Origin: Chamaesiphon sp.
GTDB lineage: Bacteria; Cyanobacteriota; Cyanobacteriia; Cyanobacteriales; Chamaesiphonaceae
Assembly (NCBI GenBank): GCA_965246715.1
Contig: CBDFFH010000054.1
Location: 1 to 64,000 of the forward strand
Direction of reading: 5' to 3'
DNA: 64,000 nucleotides
A program made the translations under genes and the position numbers. How positions within the stretch are numbered: the first letter of the stretch is position 1; each line of letters begins with the position of its first letter. The notes under the pieces were generated by a model, which was not told where the DNA came from, did no database searches, and saw nothing but the letters and a program-made list of their open reading frames with translations. This document shows, piece by piece, positions 20,493 through 31,468 of the stretch.

Positions 20493-20892
20493 GCACGATT
20501 AATACCGGACAAGGGGAGAGATTGATGACTCGGCTTGCTACACTGTCGGCAGGATGTTCGAGATCGCCTCTACTGCCCATCACGATGAGATCGACATCGA
20601 GTTCGTCAGCAACATCGCAGATCGTAAAAGCGGGCTTTCCTTCCCGCTGCAAGATATCCGCTTGGATGCCGCGCTTGGCAAACAGCTCCTGCGCCGAATG
20701 TAACAATCGATCGATCGCATCCGGAGATTGCATGACCGGATCGTCCAAAACCTCAGCATCGAGATCTGGAGTCTCGATCACCGACAATAAAGTTAACTTG
20801 CTTTGATACTTTTGCACTAGATCGATCGCCACAGCGATCGCCTCTTGAGCTTCGCGGCTGCGATCGAGCGGAAATAGGATTTTGTTAAACAT
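20488..20892 (-). CDS. Universal stress protein
   Basis: MFNKILFPLD, GKPAFTICDVA, LIVMGSRG, SVASRVINLSPCPVLIVP. Confidence 0.92.
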   Translation of the reverse strand: MFNKILFPLDRSREAQEAIAVAIDLVQKYQSKLTLLSVIETPDLDAEVLDDPVMQSPDAIDRLLHSAQELFAKRGIQADILQREGKPAFTICDVADELDVDLIVMGSRGDLEHPADSVASRVINLSPCPVLIVP

Positions 20893-21216
20893 ATACTGAG
20901 GCTAAATAATCCTGGGGTTTATCCTCTTACCACCCCATTTTCGATCCCTAACCTCAACTCTAATCAGATTAGTAACAAATCTACACGAGTTTTCCGGTAG
21001 AATTGAGTACAGCAAGGCTAAATGTTGTGTTGACTACAGTTTAAAGATCGGTATTAATACTAATTTTCTCGGTTTTATCGCGATTTCATCACGATCGCAA
21101 GATATCCTAGTAGCGACTGACTAGTGAAGGAAAAATCGTGTTTCACTAATGCGACAAACGCGATCGATATTAGCTAACAACAAATAATCAAAATCGTTTT
21201 TTAAGGAGTTTAACAA

Positions 21217-22419
21217 GTGTCTAAGAAGTCCATTGCCAGTTTATCTGCTGCCGACCTTACTGGAAAGCGCGTATTAGTTCGCGCAGATTTTAACGTTCCT
21301 GTAGATGATGCTGGCAACATCACCGATGATACGCGGATTCGTGCAGCTTTACCCACCATCAACGATCTGACTGGGAAAGGCGCTAAAGTTATCCTGTGCA
21401 GTCACTTCGGTCGTCCCAAAGGTGTCGATGAGAAATTACGTTTGACTCCCGTTGCCAAGCGGTTGTCGGAGCTATTAGGACAAGAAGTGGTCAAATGCAA
21501 TGACTGTATCGGCGATGAAGTCGCTGGTAAAATCGGCGCAATGACCAATGGACAAGTTGCTCTGTTAGAAAACGTCCGCTTTTATCCAGAAGAAGAGAAA
21601 AACGATCCTGAATTTGCGAAGAAATTAGCAGCTAATGCTGACTTATACGTCAATGACGCATTTGGTACCGCTCACCGCGCCCACGCCTCCACCGAAGGCG
21701 TAACTAAATACCTGAGTCCATCAGTTGCTGGTTACTTGATCGAGAAAGAATTGGAGTATCTCCAAAACGCGATCGAAAAACCCCAAGCACCTCTAGCTGC
21801 GATCGTTGGTGGTTCTAAAGTTTCCAGTAAAATTGGCGTAATCGAAACTTTACTCGACAAATGCGATAAGTTATTCCTCGGTGGCGGGATGATTTTTACC
21901 TTCTACAAAGCGCGCGGCTTGAATGTTGGTAAATCTCTAGTTGAAGAAGATAAATTAGATTTAGCCCGCGCCCTCGAAGCCAAAGCTAAAGCAAATGGAG
22001 TCGAACTCTTATTACCTACCGATGTAGTAGTAGCTGACAATTTCTCGCCAGATGCTAATTCCCAAATCGTCGATATTAACAATATCCCTGATGGATGGAT
22101 GGGTTTAGATATCGGCCCCGATTCACTGAAAGTTTTTCAAGCTGCTTTAGCTGATTGCAAAACTGTCATCTGGAATGGCCCGATGGGTGTATTTGAGTTC
22201 GACAAATTCGCTGCTGGTACTGAAGGGATCGCGCACACGCTGGCCGACATCTCCAAAACTGGTGCGATCACGATTATCGGTGGTGGCGACTCAGTTGCGG
22301 CAGTCGAAAAAGTCGGTCTTGCCGAACAGATGAGTCACATTTCCACAGGTGGTGGTGCTTCCCTAGAATTACTAGAAGGCAAAGTTCTTCCTGGTATCGC
22401 TGCGTTGGACGAAGCGTAA
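21217..22419 (+). CDS. pgk: Phosphoglycerate kinase
   Basis: [39 protein letters not shown]. Confidence 0.98.
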   Translation: MSKKSIASLSAADLTGKRVLVRADFNVPVDDAGNITDDTRIRAALPTINDLTGKGAKVILCSHFGRPKGVDEKLRLTPVAKRLSELLGQEVVKCNDCIGDEVAGKIGAMTNGQVALLENVRFYPEEEKNDPEFAKKLAANADLYVNDAFGTAHRAHASTEGVTKYLSPSVAGYLIEKELEYLQNAIEKPQAPLAAIVGGSKVSSKIGVIETLLDKCDKLFLGGGMIFTFYKARGLNVGKSLVEEDKLDLARALEAKAKANGVELLLPTDVVVADNFSPDANSQIVDINNIPDGWMGLDIGPDSLKVFQAALADCKTVIWNGPMGVFEFDKFAAGTEGIAHTLADISKTGAITIIGGGDSVAAVEKVGLAEQMSHISTGGGASLELLEGKVLPGIAALDEA

Positions 22420-22448
22420 ATCGGCAATGTAGTTTAAAGGCGATTTGT

Positions 22449-22577
22449 GTAGGGTGGATAATGCCCACCCTAACAATTTGAGCTAGTTAGCAAAAGCTAG
22501 ATCGATCGACTTAAAACAAACAATATTAATCTAAAGCAAAATCGGAATCTAATCTAAATGGTGGGTATTACCCACCC
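22449..22577. repeat. Pair of REP-like palindromes downstream of pgk
   Basis: GTAGGGTGGATAATGCCCACCCTA (22449) and GGTGGGTATTACCCACC (22560). Confidence 0.6.
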
Positions 22578-22658
22578 CATATTACACATTTTTTTATTTT
22601 ATTAGTCGTTATAAATTGTGGATTATAAATTCACAATTTATAATTCATAATTTCTACC

Positions 22659-23297
22659 ATGTCTAGAGACCGCGAACCATTTATTAATTTAGTTTTATAT
22701 CACGCTTTTAAACAACCGTTTATCAATCCATTTTTTTATGGGTATTTGCGGGGAAGAGTTATCGGTACCGAATATATTCCACGCAAAGGTGGATTTATCG
22801 TTGTCAGCAATCATGGCAGCAACTTTGACCCACCATTACTATCTGGAGCGATACAACGTCCGGTAGCATATATGGCCAAAGAAGAACTATTTGAAGTGCC
22901 AGTATTGAAACAAGCGATCGAATTATACGGGGCCTATCCAGTCAAACGCGGCGCTGTCGATCGAACTACAATTAGAGCAGCGTTAGCGTATCTAGAAAAA
23001 GGCTGGGGTGTGGGATTGTTTATCTCCGGTACTCGTACTCCCGATGGTAGAGTCGCAGATCCGAAGCCAGGAGCAGCGCTAATTGCGGCTAAAGCTCAAG
23101 TACCGATTCTTCCGGTCTGTTTGTGGGGCAATCATCTCATCGAACGAGAAGGTAAAAAATTACCCCAATCTACGCCTGTTACGATTAGAATTGGGAAATT
23201 AATCGAGTCACCAGCTTCGACAAAACGGGGCGAACTCGATCGAGTTACGGATATTTGTACTACAGCCATCAATCAACTCCACGATCTAGGCAGATAG
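22659..23297 (+). CDS. plsC: 1-acyl-sn-glycerol-3-phosphate acyltransferase
   Basis: NHGSNFD (HX4D), YMAKEELF, GTRT. Confidence 0.88.
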   Translation: MSRDREPFINLVLYHAFKQPFINPFFYGYLRGRVIGTEYIPRKGGFIVVSNHGSNFDPPLLSGAIQRPVAYMAKEELFEVPVLKQAIELYGAYPVKRGAVDRTTIRAALAYLEKGWGVGLFISGTRTPDGRVADPKPGAALIAAKAQVPILPVCLWGNHLIEREGKKLPQSTPVTIRIGKLIESPASTKRGELDRVTDICTTAINQLHDLGR

Positions 23298-23359
23298 TTA
23301 ATTTCATCTACTAGAGCTAGCATACCCGTAAATCGTAGAGAGAAGCGAAGTTGTTAAAT

Positions 23360-23420
23360 CCCCCTTTACAAGGGGTAATTTCGGGCACTTAGCCCTCTTT
23401 TTAAGGTAGGTTGGAGGATT
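23360..23420. repeat. Degenerate CCCCCTT..AAGGGG repeat
   Basis: CCCCCTTTACAAGGGG and CCCTCTTTTTAAGGTAGGTTGGAGG, similar to a common cyanobacterial intergenic repeat. Confidence 0.4.
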
Positions 23421-23515
23421 GAGATCTTGAGTCGAAGTCTAATAAATGTATAATGTTGTTTCCCAAAAAGAAAAACCACATTCAACCTCTCGCATGAGGG
23501 GAAAAATATAGAAAA

Positions 23516-23809
23516 ATGGAAGATATTCGATCTCAATTGGCTGAAATTATTGACGAAGCCGAATTAGAATGGTTGAAACCACACATCCAAAAAGATGCAG
23601 TAATCATCGTCGATCCCGAACTCGATCTTCTCGATGTGGGTGTGGCAATTGCCAGTGACAATACCCAATCGGTTCAACATTGGATCGGCGAACAACTTTT
23701 GGTCAAACCATCGCCAGAAATCCTCAATCGTTGGAATGCAAATCCCGATCGTAAGTTTCAAGCAATCATCATTCAGCCGTATATTTTAGTCAAAGAAATG
23801 GCCGCATAG
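23516..23809 (+). CDS. DUF2288-family protein
   Basis: WLKPHIQKDAVIIV...LDLLDVGVAIASDN...IIQPYILV. Confidence 0.8.
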   Translation: MEDIRSQLAEIIDEAELEWLKPHIQKDAVIIVDPELDLLDVGVAIASDNTQSVQHWIGEQLLVKPSPEILNRWNANPDRKFQAIIIQPYILVKEMAA

Positions 23810-23867
23810 ATATTATAGAGATAATCGGCTGGTACCGATGCCAAATTATCTCTATTACCAATATTTT

Positions 23868-24167
23868 CTAGTTGTGTTTAGCGCGGTAAATAGCGTTAGA
23901 AGTGCGATTTAAACGGCGGTTGAGATGGTATTTTTCAGAGTTAGTTAATTTACCGCCACTGCGGATCGCCCGGTAACGGGCTGCTTCGATGTTCTCTTCT
24001 CGACGATGTAAGCGATTATATTCTTTATGAGTCAGCGAACCATTATTGACCCCATTTTGAATCCGTCGCTCTTGACGTTCGATGCGATTGTTGAGTTGTC
24101 CTGCTTGAGCGGCCAAAGGTAGAAGTACTACGGCAGAAACTAACATTGCACTGATTAACTTTTTCAC
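23868..24167 (-). CDS. Small basic secreted protein
   Basis: Signal peptide followed by RQERRIQNGV..GSLT..E and GKLT..E repeats. Confidence 0.75.
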   Translation of the reverse strand: MKKLISAMLVSAVVLLPLAAQAGQLNNRIERQERRIQNGVNNGSLTHKEYNRLHRREENIEAARYRAIRSGGKLTNSEKYHLNRRLNRTSNAIYRAKHN

Positions 24168-24344
24168 GATCGAACTCCATTAACTTGTTGGGCTAGTGCA
24201 GTGTTAGACAGGCGTGTCTCGATCGAGGTTCAATTTCCGATCGACTTTTTTTGTGAAGTTCGATTTCGGTTCAGTGGTTGCAATCGTGGATTGGGAGTGC
24301 GGATTGAAGTCGCAGCCTGCGCGGCTGTCTAATTTAGATTTTTA

Positions 24345-25883
24345 TTATCGATCGACTGCCAAGCAGCGAATTGCTTCGAGCAACCCTCTGGCTTTGTTTA
24401 AAGTTTCCTCGTATTCAGTCACCGGATCGGAATCAGCAACAAGTCCGGCTCCTGCTTGTACCGACACCACATAGTTACCCTTATCATCGGGACGAGCGAC
24501 CATCGTGCGTAAGGTAATGGCTGTATTTAGTTGACCTTCAAAATCATAGTAACCGTAGACCCCCGAATAAGCATTGCGCCGACAGCCTTCGAGTGCGTGG
24601 ATGATTTCCAGCGCGCGAATTTTGGGTGCGCCGCTGACAGTTCCGGCGGGAAAACAGGCTTTGAGGAGATCCCAGGCGGTTTTGCTCGGTGCGAGTCGTC
24701 CGACGACATTGCTGACGATGTGCATGACATGAGAATACCGCTCGATCGTCATTAATTCATCAACCACGACCGTACCACTTTCGCAGACTCGCCCCAAATC
24801 GTTACGTCCTAAATCGACTAACATCACATGTTCGGCAACTTCCTTAGGATCTGCAAGCAGCTCTTTGGCTAAAGCATCATCTTCCGTTGCTGTCTGTCCT
24901 CGACGGCGCGTTCCGGCGATCGGGCGAAGTGTCGCTTCGATCGTACCATCATCGTTGCGATCGGCTTTGACCATTACTTCTGGACTAGAGCCGATAATCT
25001 GCCAATCCCCAAAATTAAAAAATGCCATATAGGGTGAGGGATTGACCAATCTTAGCGATCGATACAGGTCGAACGGACTCCCCGTATAAGTTGTCGATAA
25101 ACGCTGCGAAACTACAACCTGGAAAATATCACCAGCGGTAATATGTGCCTTGGCTTTGATGACATTGGCGCAGAATTCGGCTTTAGATGTATTGCTTGTA
25201 TATTCCGCCGGAAGTTCGGTGAGCGGTTTCGTCGGTTGCGGCGGAGTCCATTCAAGAAATTTAGAAGTTATCGGCTGTTGGAGCTTATCGACCATTATTT
25301 TCACCCGATCGCAAGCTTGAGTATATGCCAGTTCGAGGTTCCCATTGCACCCCTGAAGATCGGCATACGCGATCGCCCAGATCTTGCGTTTCATTTGGTC
25401 GAAGACCATCAGATGGTCTACTTGCATCCACAACCCGTCCGGAAGGTCACCAGCAGTGGTTGAATGGATGGGTACTCTAGATTCGATCCACTTAATTAAT
25501 TCGTAGCCCCAGAAGCCAAATAAACCACCAATTCCACTCGGAAGCTGAGGCAGTTTAACGGGTTTGTAAGGATCTAGACAAGTTGCAAGCGTCTCGAACG
25601 GATCGCCTGTAGATGTCTTCACCGAACCATCTCGGTGGGTTTGCGTCGTGCGATCGCCCCGATTTTCCAGCACCCACAGCGGATTGCAACCCAAGAAACT
25701 ATAGCGTCCGACAGTTTCTCCACCCTCGACAGATTCCATCAAAAAACTATACGGTTGACCCGCGCACACCTTATACCATGCCGAAACGGGTGTATCTAAA
25801 TCGGCGACCCATTCTTGATAGACAGGGATAAAGTTACCTTGTGCCGCTAGCTGACTGAATCGATCGAAACTGGGGAAGATCAT
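24345..25883 (-). CDS. trpE: Anthranilate synthase component I
   Basis: DLDTPVS, GDIFQVV, NPSPY, AEHVMLVDLGRND, FPAGTVSGAPK, QAGAG. Confidence 0.95.
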   Translation of the reverse strand: MIFPSFDRFSQLAAQGNFIPVYQEWVADLDTPVSAWYKVCAGQPYSFLMESVEGGETVGRYSFLGCNPLWVLENRGDRTTQTHRDGSVKTSTGDPFETLATCLDPYKPVKLPQLPSGIGGLFGFWGYELIKWIESRVPIHSTTAGDLPDGLWMQVDHLMVFDQMKRKIWAIAYADLQGCNGNLELAYTQACDRVKIMVDKLQQPITSKFLEWTPPQPTKPLTELPAEYTSNTSKAEFCANVIKAKAHITAGDIFQVVVSQRLSTTYTGSPFDLYRSLRLVNPSPYMAFFNFGDWQIIGSSPEVMVKADRNDDGTIEATLRPIAGTRRRGQTATEDDALAKELLADPKEVAEHVMLVDLGRNDLGRVCESGTVVVDELMTIERYSHVMHIVSNVVGRLAPSKTAWDLLKACFPAGTVSGAPKIRALEIIHALEGCRRNAYSGVYGYYDFEGQLNTAITLRTMVARPDDKGNYVVSVQAGAGLVADSDPVTEYEETLNKARGLLEAIRCLAVDR

Positions 25884-26068
25884 TACAAAAAGATCGCAGG
25901 GGTATCTCTCCTATTGTGCCTGCTGGAGGATCGATCGAGCAAATATTCCGCGATCTCGATCGGCTGGTGGTGATACATAGCTCCACGGGAACTCACAAGG
26001 TGTACCAAAAATTCCTAGCGTTACTGAATTCCCTTCCTAAAAGGTGTGCCCGACAGGGCGGGGTGAGT

Positions 26069-26542
26069 TCAACTCCGTTTCATCGCCCGATCCATATCCC
26101 GCTTGTCATCTCGTTTCTTCAGGTCATCTCGCTTATCGTGTAGCTTCTTACCTTTAACTAGCGCGATCGTCACCTTAACCTTACCCCGCTTAAAATACAT
26201 CTTTAGCGGCACTAAAGTTAGACCTTGCTGCTCGACCTTCCCCGTCAGCTTGCGAATTTCCTGCTTGTGCATCAGCAGTCGCCGCGTGCGGGTGGGTTCG
26301 TGGTTAAAATACGCACTCGTGCTAGCATAGGGCGAGATGTGGGCATTGAGCAGCCAAATTTGCCCTTGGCGCAATAAACCATAACCATCGCGCAGATTGG
26401 CTCTACCGCCACGGATGGACTTTACTTCCGATCCCACTAATTCGATCCCCGCTTCGTAAGTTTCGAGGATTTCATACAGGAACCGGGCTTGCCGATTATC
26501 GGCAACAATTTTGATACTTTCGGATTTTTCTTTCTCGCTCAT
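26069..26542 (-). CDS. smpB: SsrA-binding protein
   Basis: NRQARFLYEILETYEAGI, EVKSIR, KGKKLHDKR. Confidence 0.97.
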   Translation of the reverse strand: MSEKEKSESIKIVADNRQARFLYEILETYEAGIELVGSEVKSIRGGRANLRDGYGLLRQGQIWLLNAHISPYASTSAYFNHEPTRTRRLLMHKQEIRKLTGKVEQQGLTLVPLKMYFKRGKVKVTIALVKGKKLHDKRDDLKKRDDKRDMDRAMKRS

Positions 26543-27013
26543 AGATCTATTCTACTAGGCGCTAGGGCTGGTGACTAGTAGCTAGCATGAGTTTACTAAA
26601 TACCCACTTCTCTAAGAATATGTGTAAGTGATATCTAGCTCTTAGGTATCTATGGAATGTAACTTTATCTAAAGATCTGGACTAATTGGGGAAATTTGGT
26701 ATAGTTAGTTCCATTCGACCAGATGCGATCGATTCTCAATAATGCTGAATATTTGTTTTAGTTGGGATTTAAATCGCAATTGATGATTTACTCGGGTGGT
26801 AGTCAAACAGTTTTGTCAAGGATAAAACAGTAGTACTAATTTTGCAAAATTGCAATCCTATATCGACCCACACTGCAACCCAGCGATGGGAGCAACTACA
26901 ATAACTATGTCCATTTGGCTACTCAAATAGGGAGTGAATTTACAACTTCCATGTATTATTTATGATAATCTCTGTTTCTAGGGTCTGTTTTATCTTGCTG
27001 GTGAGGAAATTTT

Positions 27014-28468
27014 ATGGGTAACTCTGTTGATTTTGGCGGTCGCCCGATTCATTTTATTGGGATTGGCGGGATTGGCATGTCCGGACTCGCATACGTTCTG
27101 GCAAGACGCGGATTGCCAGTTTCTGGTTCCGATTTGAAATCTTCCAATATTACCGAACGGTTAGCCGCAGCAGGCGCACATATTTTTCTCAAGCAAGATG
27201 CGAGCAATTTAGAATTTTTTCAAGCTAATTCTGAGGGCAATCGGCTCCCGCAAATTATTTGTTCGACCGCCATCGGTAAAACTAATAGCGAACTCACCGC
27301 TGCCTTAGAACTTGGCTGTCCGACCTTTCATCGATCGGATGTATTAGCAACGATGATTGCTGAATACGATAGTATCGGAGTAGCAGGTACGCACGGTAAA
27401 ACGACGACTAGCAGTGCGATCGGTTATATGCTCGTAGCAGCAGGAGTCGATCCGACAATTGTGGTAGGTGGAGAGGTTGACGCTTGGGACGGGAACGCAC
27501 GGGTAGGCAAGAGCAAGTACTTCGTTGCCGAAGTTGATGAGTCCGATGGTTCGCTCGTCAAGCATGCGCCCAAAATTGGGGTGATTACCAATATCGAACT
27601 AGATCACCCCGATCATTATAAAAGTCTCGAACAAGTCATCGATACATTTACCACCTTTGCCCAGCAGTGCGAAATCACCATCGGATCGGTAGATTGTGAA
27701 ATCGTGCGCGATCGGATTAAGCCAACTATTTGTTATAGTGTCGAGTCAGATCGGGTAGCGGATTATACCGCAAAAAACATTGACTACCATGCCGATGGCA
27801 CTTCTGCGGAAGTTTATGAATATGGCAAATTATTGGGAACACTAAAGTTAGGCGTATTAGGCAAACATAACTTGAGTAATGCACTAGCCACCATTGCGGT
27901 GGGTCGCAAAATCGGGTTGGACTTCGCCGCGATCGCTTCTGGTCTAGCGACCTTCAGTGGTGCCAAACGACGGTTTGAGCTTCGAGGATATCAGAATGAC
28001 ATTACCTTTATCGATGATTACGCTCACCATCCCAGCGAGATCCTCGTCACCCTCAGCGCCGCTCGGTTGCGTGTGGGTGCCCATCGCCGAGTGGTAGCTG
28101 TATTCCAGCCGCATCGATATACGCGCACTTTGGAATTTCTCAATGAGTTTGCCCAATCTTTTAAAGATGCAGATGTAGTTGTGATTACAGATATTTATAG
28201 TGCGGGTGAGGTAAATACCGGAGTGGTCAGTGGCGAAAAAGTAGTGACAGAAATTGGCAAATACCATTCAAATGTTCGCTACCAACCCACACTAGCTGCG
28301 GTATCTAAGTTTCTCACTCAAAATCTCCAACCCGGGGATATCTGCTTGTGCTTGGGAGCAGGCAATCTCAACCAAATCATTCCGGATCTGGTGGATACTT
28401 ATCGCTGTGCGACTGGAGCTGCTATGCGGATTCCAGCAAGTGCCAAACAGCCAGAAACAGTAGTCTGA
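27014..28468 (+). CDS. murC: UDP-N-acetylmuramate--L-alanine ligase
   Basis: GIGGIGMSG, GTHGKTTT, EVDESDGS, DDYAHHP, FQPHRY. Confidence 0.97.
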   Translation: MGNSVDFGGRPIHFIGIGGIGMSGLAYVLARRGLPVSGSDLKSSNITERLAAAGAHIFLKQDASNLEFFQANSEGNRLPQIICSTAIGKTNSELTAALELGCPTFHRSDVLATMIAEYDSIGVAGTHGKTTTSSAIGYMLVAAGVDPTIVVGGEVDAWDGNARVGKSKYFVAEVDESDGSLVKHAPKIGVITNIELDHPDHYKSLEQVIDTFTTFAQQCEITIGSVDCEIVRDRIKPTICYSVESDRVADYTAKNIDYHADGTSAEVYEYGKLLGTLKLGVLGKHNLSNALATIAVGRKIGLDFAAIASGLATFSGAKRRFELRGYQNDITFIDDYAHHPSEILVTLSAARLRVGAHRRVVAVFQPHRYTRTLEFLNEFAQSFKDADVVVITDIYSAGEVNTGVVSGEKVVTEIGKYHSNVRYQPTLAAVSKFLTQNLQPGDICLCLGAGNLNQIIPDLVDTYRCATGAAMRIPASAKQPETVV

Positions 28469-28625
28469 GAACGAATTTAACCGATCTAAATTAACGTTAA
28501 GGTCAGTCGATCGTTCATTTAGATTAAGAGTCATGTTGGGCTTTGGGGTTGCAATTTTAGGCCATCTACTGTTTACCATCGACCGTTCGCAGACATTCGA
28601 TAAACCATTACACTACCCCGATAAT

Positions 28626-29606
28626 ATGACCCTCTCCCAAGATCGCCCGCCCATCAAAACTACTCAAACTCAGGAGTCAGTGGACGTTTCTAATCATTCC
28701 GATCGCAATTTTGAGCTGCCTGACAACTGTCCGATTAGAGCGGCAGTCGCGCTCAAGGGATTGACAACATGGAAAGTCGGCGGGCCAGCAGAATGGTATC
28801 TCGAACCGCATACGTTGGCAGAGACCCAGATTGGTTTGGATTGGGCGCATCAGCAAAAGTTACCGATTACTTTTATCGGCGCTGGCTCGAATTTATTGAT
28901 TAGCGATCGCGGTTTGAAAGGTTTGGTAATTTGTACTCGCCATCTGCGTCATGCCAACACTACTTTCGACAATGAGACTCGATCGATGACCGCAGATGCG
29001 GGTAAAATGCTCGCTAGCCTAGCATGGCAGGCAGCGCGGAGGGGTTGGGGTGGAATGGAGTGGGCGGCTGGCATTCCGGGCACTGTTGGTGGTGCTGTCG
29101 TAATGAATGCTGGTGCGCACGGGCATAGTACCGAAGAGATTTTAGTTACTACTGAAGTGCTCAATCTCGATGGCTCGATCGAGACTCTCACCAATCAGGA
29201 TTTAAATTATAGTTATCGTACCTCAAATCTCCAGGGTGACTCGCGACTGGTACTGAGCGCAACATTTCAATTACAAGTAGCAGGTGATGCGGAAGAAGTT
29301 AAGTCGCGCACTTTCCGCGACTTGGAAAAACGCCATAGCAAGCAACCTTACGATCGACCGAGCTGTGGGAGTGTTTTTCGCAATCCATCGCCGCAATATG
29401 CAGCCGTCTTAATTGAAGGATTGGGACTCAAAGGTCATCGGATCGGCGATGCGGAAGTCTCGACCCTCCATGCCAATTTTATTATCAACCGTCAGGATGC
29501 GACGGCCACTGAGATTAGAAACTTGATTTACTACGTTCAAAGTCGCGTCCGCGAAGCATACGAGATCGAACTCGAACCCGAAGTGAAGATGCTCGGTGAA
29601 TTCTAA
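28626..29606 (+). CDS. murB: UDP-N-acetylenolpyruvoylglucosamine reductase
   Basis: VGGPA, GAGSNLL, GIPGTVGGAVVMNAGA, SCGSVFRNP, HANFI, LEPEV. Confidence 0.95.
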   Translation: MTLSQDRPPIKTTQTQESVDVSNHSDRNFELPDNCPIRAAVALKGLTTWKVGGPAEWYLEPHTLAETQIGLDWAHQQKLPITFIGAGSNLLISDRGLKGLVICTRHLRHANTTFDNETRSMTADAGKMLASLAWQAARRGWGGMEWAAGIPGTVGGAVVMNAGAHGHSTEEILVTTEVLNLDGSIETLTNQDLNYSYRTSNLQGDSRLVLSATFQLQVAGDAEEVKSRTFRDLEKRHSKQPYDRPSCGSVFRNPSPQYAAVLIEGLGLKGHRIGDAEVSTLHANFIINRQDATATEIRNLIYYVQSRVREAYEIELEPEVKMLGEF

Positions 29607-29838
29607 GTTCTCCGTTCGATCGGGATTTTACAACTGTGCCAGCCGAAATGGGTATCATAAATGAGTAGGTCGCGATCGCGGTGATGCTCATCGTGAAAGG
29701 CTGCGTAAAATATTTCAACTGGTTGACACAGCCTCCGCGCATGGAACAGTGTGACAAGTGACGGATACCCTCACCCCTGAATTCCCTGACTCCAGTAAGA
29801 TGGGATATCGTTCAAATTGACTAAATACTCTAAAGATT

Positions 29839-30180
29839 ATGACTAAAGGACAAGGATTTGGCGGTTTCGGTCTCGGCAAGATGAAAGAACTAGCCGACGC
29901 ATTCAAAAAAGCCCAACAGGTACAAGAAGATGCCAAAAAGCTTCAAGAAGAACTGGAGCAAATGGAAATTGAAGGTAATGCAGGTGGTGTCAGTGTCACC
30001 CTCAGCGGCAACCAAGAACCCCGCCGCGTCAGTATCGGAGCCGACGCTGCTGGTAAGAGTCCCGAAGAACTCTCCCAACTCGTGCTCGATGCGATGATGG
30101 ATGCTTATGACAAGTCCACCGCGACAATGCGCGAACGCATGGAATTACTCACCAGCGGACTAAATATTCCTGGTTTGTAG
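29839..30180 (+). CDS. ybaB: YbaB/EbfC nucleoid-associated protein
   Basis: KKAQQVQ...LQEEL...[11 protein letters not shown]; usual cyanobacterial position after murB. Confidence 0.9.
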   Translation: MTKGQGFGGFGLGKMKELADAFKKAQQVQEDAKKLQEELEQMEIEGNAGGVSVTLSGNQEPRRVSIGADAAGKSPEELSQLVLDAMMDAYDKSTATMRERMELLTSGLNIPGL

Positions 30181-30185
30181 GACAG

Positions 30186-30390
30186 TCAATAGCGAACAGT
30201 GAATAGTGAATAGTGGTTAGTAGTTGCTGACTGTTTACATTCAATCAAAAATAATATGGGTATTGTCGTACGATAAAAGTCGGCAGTACCCATATTTCTC
30301 GTACATCAAACAAGATCGACAATTTAAAGCTACCCCAACTTGCAGATTTAATATTTACTGTTCACTATTCACTGTTCACTATTCACTACT
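30186..30390. repeat. Oppositely oriented heptamer tandem repeats (STRR-like) bracketing an intergenic segment
   Basis: (AGTGAAY)n at ~30190-30215 and (TTCACTR)n at ~30357-30390. Confidence 0.65.
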
Positions 30391-30391
30391 C

Positions 30392-31438
30392 ATGGATTCT
30401 GTCGAACAGAAATATCGGCGCATTCGAGGCGACCTTCAGCGGGGCGGCCTTGCCCTGACACTAGTATTTATCACAGGTACGCTGTGGTATCGCCTAGTCG
30501 AAGATTGGCATTGGGTGGATGCAGTATATATGACTGCCATCACCCTGACGACCGTAGGCTATGGTGAAACGCAACCATTAGGCGATCGCGGGCGAATTTT
30601 TACCATTGCCTTAATTTTAGCTGGGGTAATAACGATCGGTTATATCGTCAATCGATTTACAGAAGCCTTGATTGAAGGCTATTTTATAGAAGGTCGCAAA
30701 ATCAGGCAACAAAAAAAACTTGTGGAATCTCTCACCGAACACTTTATTATTTGCGGTTTTGGGCGGATCGGGCGGCAAATCGCTACCGAATTTGCGGCTG
30801 AGGGGACGGCATTTGTCGTGATCGATGCGAGTAGCGAGCAGGTAAAGATCGCCCAAACTGAGGGTTATAGTGCAGTCCAAGCAGATGCCACCCTGGATGA
30901 GACGCTAATCAAAATGGGGGTTGAGAAAGCAGCTTGTCTGGTCGCGGCGCTACCTTCTGATGCAGAAAATCTCTACATTATTTTATCGGCAAAAAGCCTC
31001 AATCCGAACATTCGGGCGATCGCGCGCGCCAGTACCGAAGAAGCCGTGCAGAAGCTCCAACGAGCGGGAGCGAGCAAAGTGATTTCTCCTTATATCACTG
31101 GAGCAAAACGGATGGCTGCGGCGGCTTTACGCCCCCAGGTGATGGATTTTATGGATGGGATCATGACTAGCGATCGCTCTTTCTATATGGAGGAGTTTCT
31201 CATCGATTCGCAGACTTGTCCGGTAACTGGGTTATCGCTGCGAGAGGCGAGACTGCGCTCTCAATCTGGTGCGCTCGTGCTAGCCGTTCGCAGACAAGAT
31301 GGCACTTCGATCGTGGGGCCAACGGGGGAGACGATTATTATGGCACAGGATATGTTGATTTGTATGGGCACAGCAGATCAATTGCGCGTCCTCAATCAAA
31401 TTTTAGATCCGATCGCTCCGAGAATCGATCGACGATAA
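30392..31438 (+). CDS. Potassium channel with TrkA-N/TrkA-C (RCK) domains
   Basis: Selectivity filter TTVGYGE; ICGFGRIG Rossmann motif; TrkA-C tail. Confidence 0.92.
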   Translation: MDSVEQKYRRIRGDLQRGGLALTLVFITGTLWYRLVEDWHWVDAVYMTAITLTTVGYGETQPLGDRGRIFTIALILAGVITIGYIVNRFTEALIEGYFIEGRKIRQQKKLVESLTEHFIICGFGRIGRQIATEFAAEGTAFVVIDASSEQVKIAQTEGYSAVQADATLDETLIKMGVEKAACLVAALPSDAENLYIILSAKSLNPNIRAIARASTEEAVQKLQRAGASKVISPYITGAKRMAAAALRPQVMDFMDGIMTSDRSFYMEEFLIDSQTCPVTGLSLREARLRSQSGALVLAVRRQDGTSIVGPTGETIIMAQDMLICMGTADQLRVLNQILDPIAPRIDRR

Positions 31439-31468
31439 CTTACTACCGTAGGGGTAAGGGATCCGCTA

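Noticed and set aside
20972..20984. NtcA site in the usp-pgk divergent region
   Set aside because: Spacing is GTA-N7-TAC rather than N8.
25890..27010. tmRNA near smpB
   Set aside because: No tRNA-like ends or tag reading frame recognised.
29660..29820. Possible ncRNA between murB and ybaB
   Set aside because: Only short stems (AGGCTG/CAGCCT); no match to any RNA family I can recognise.
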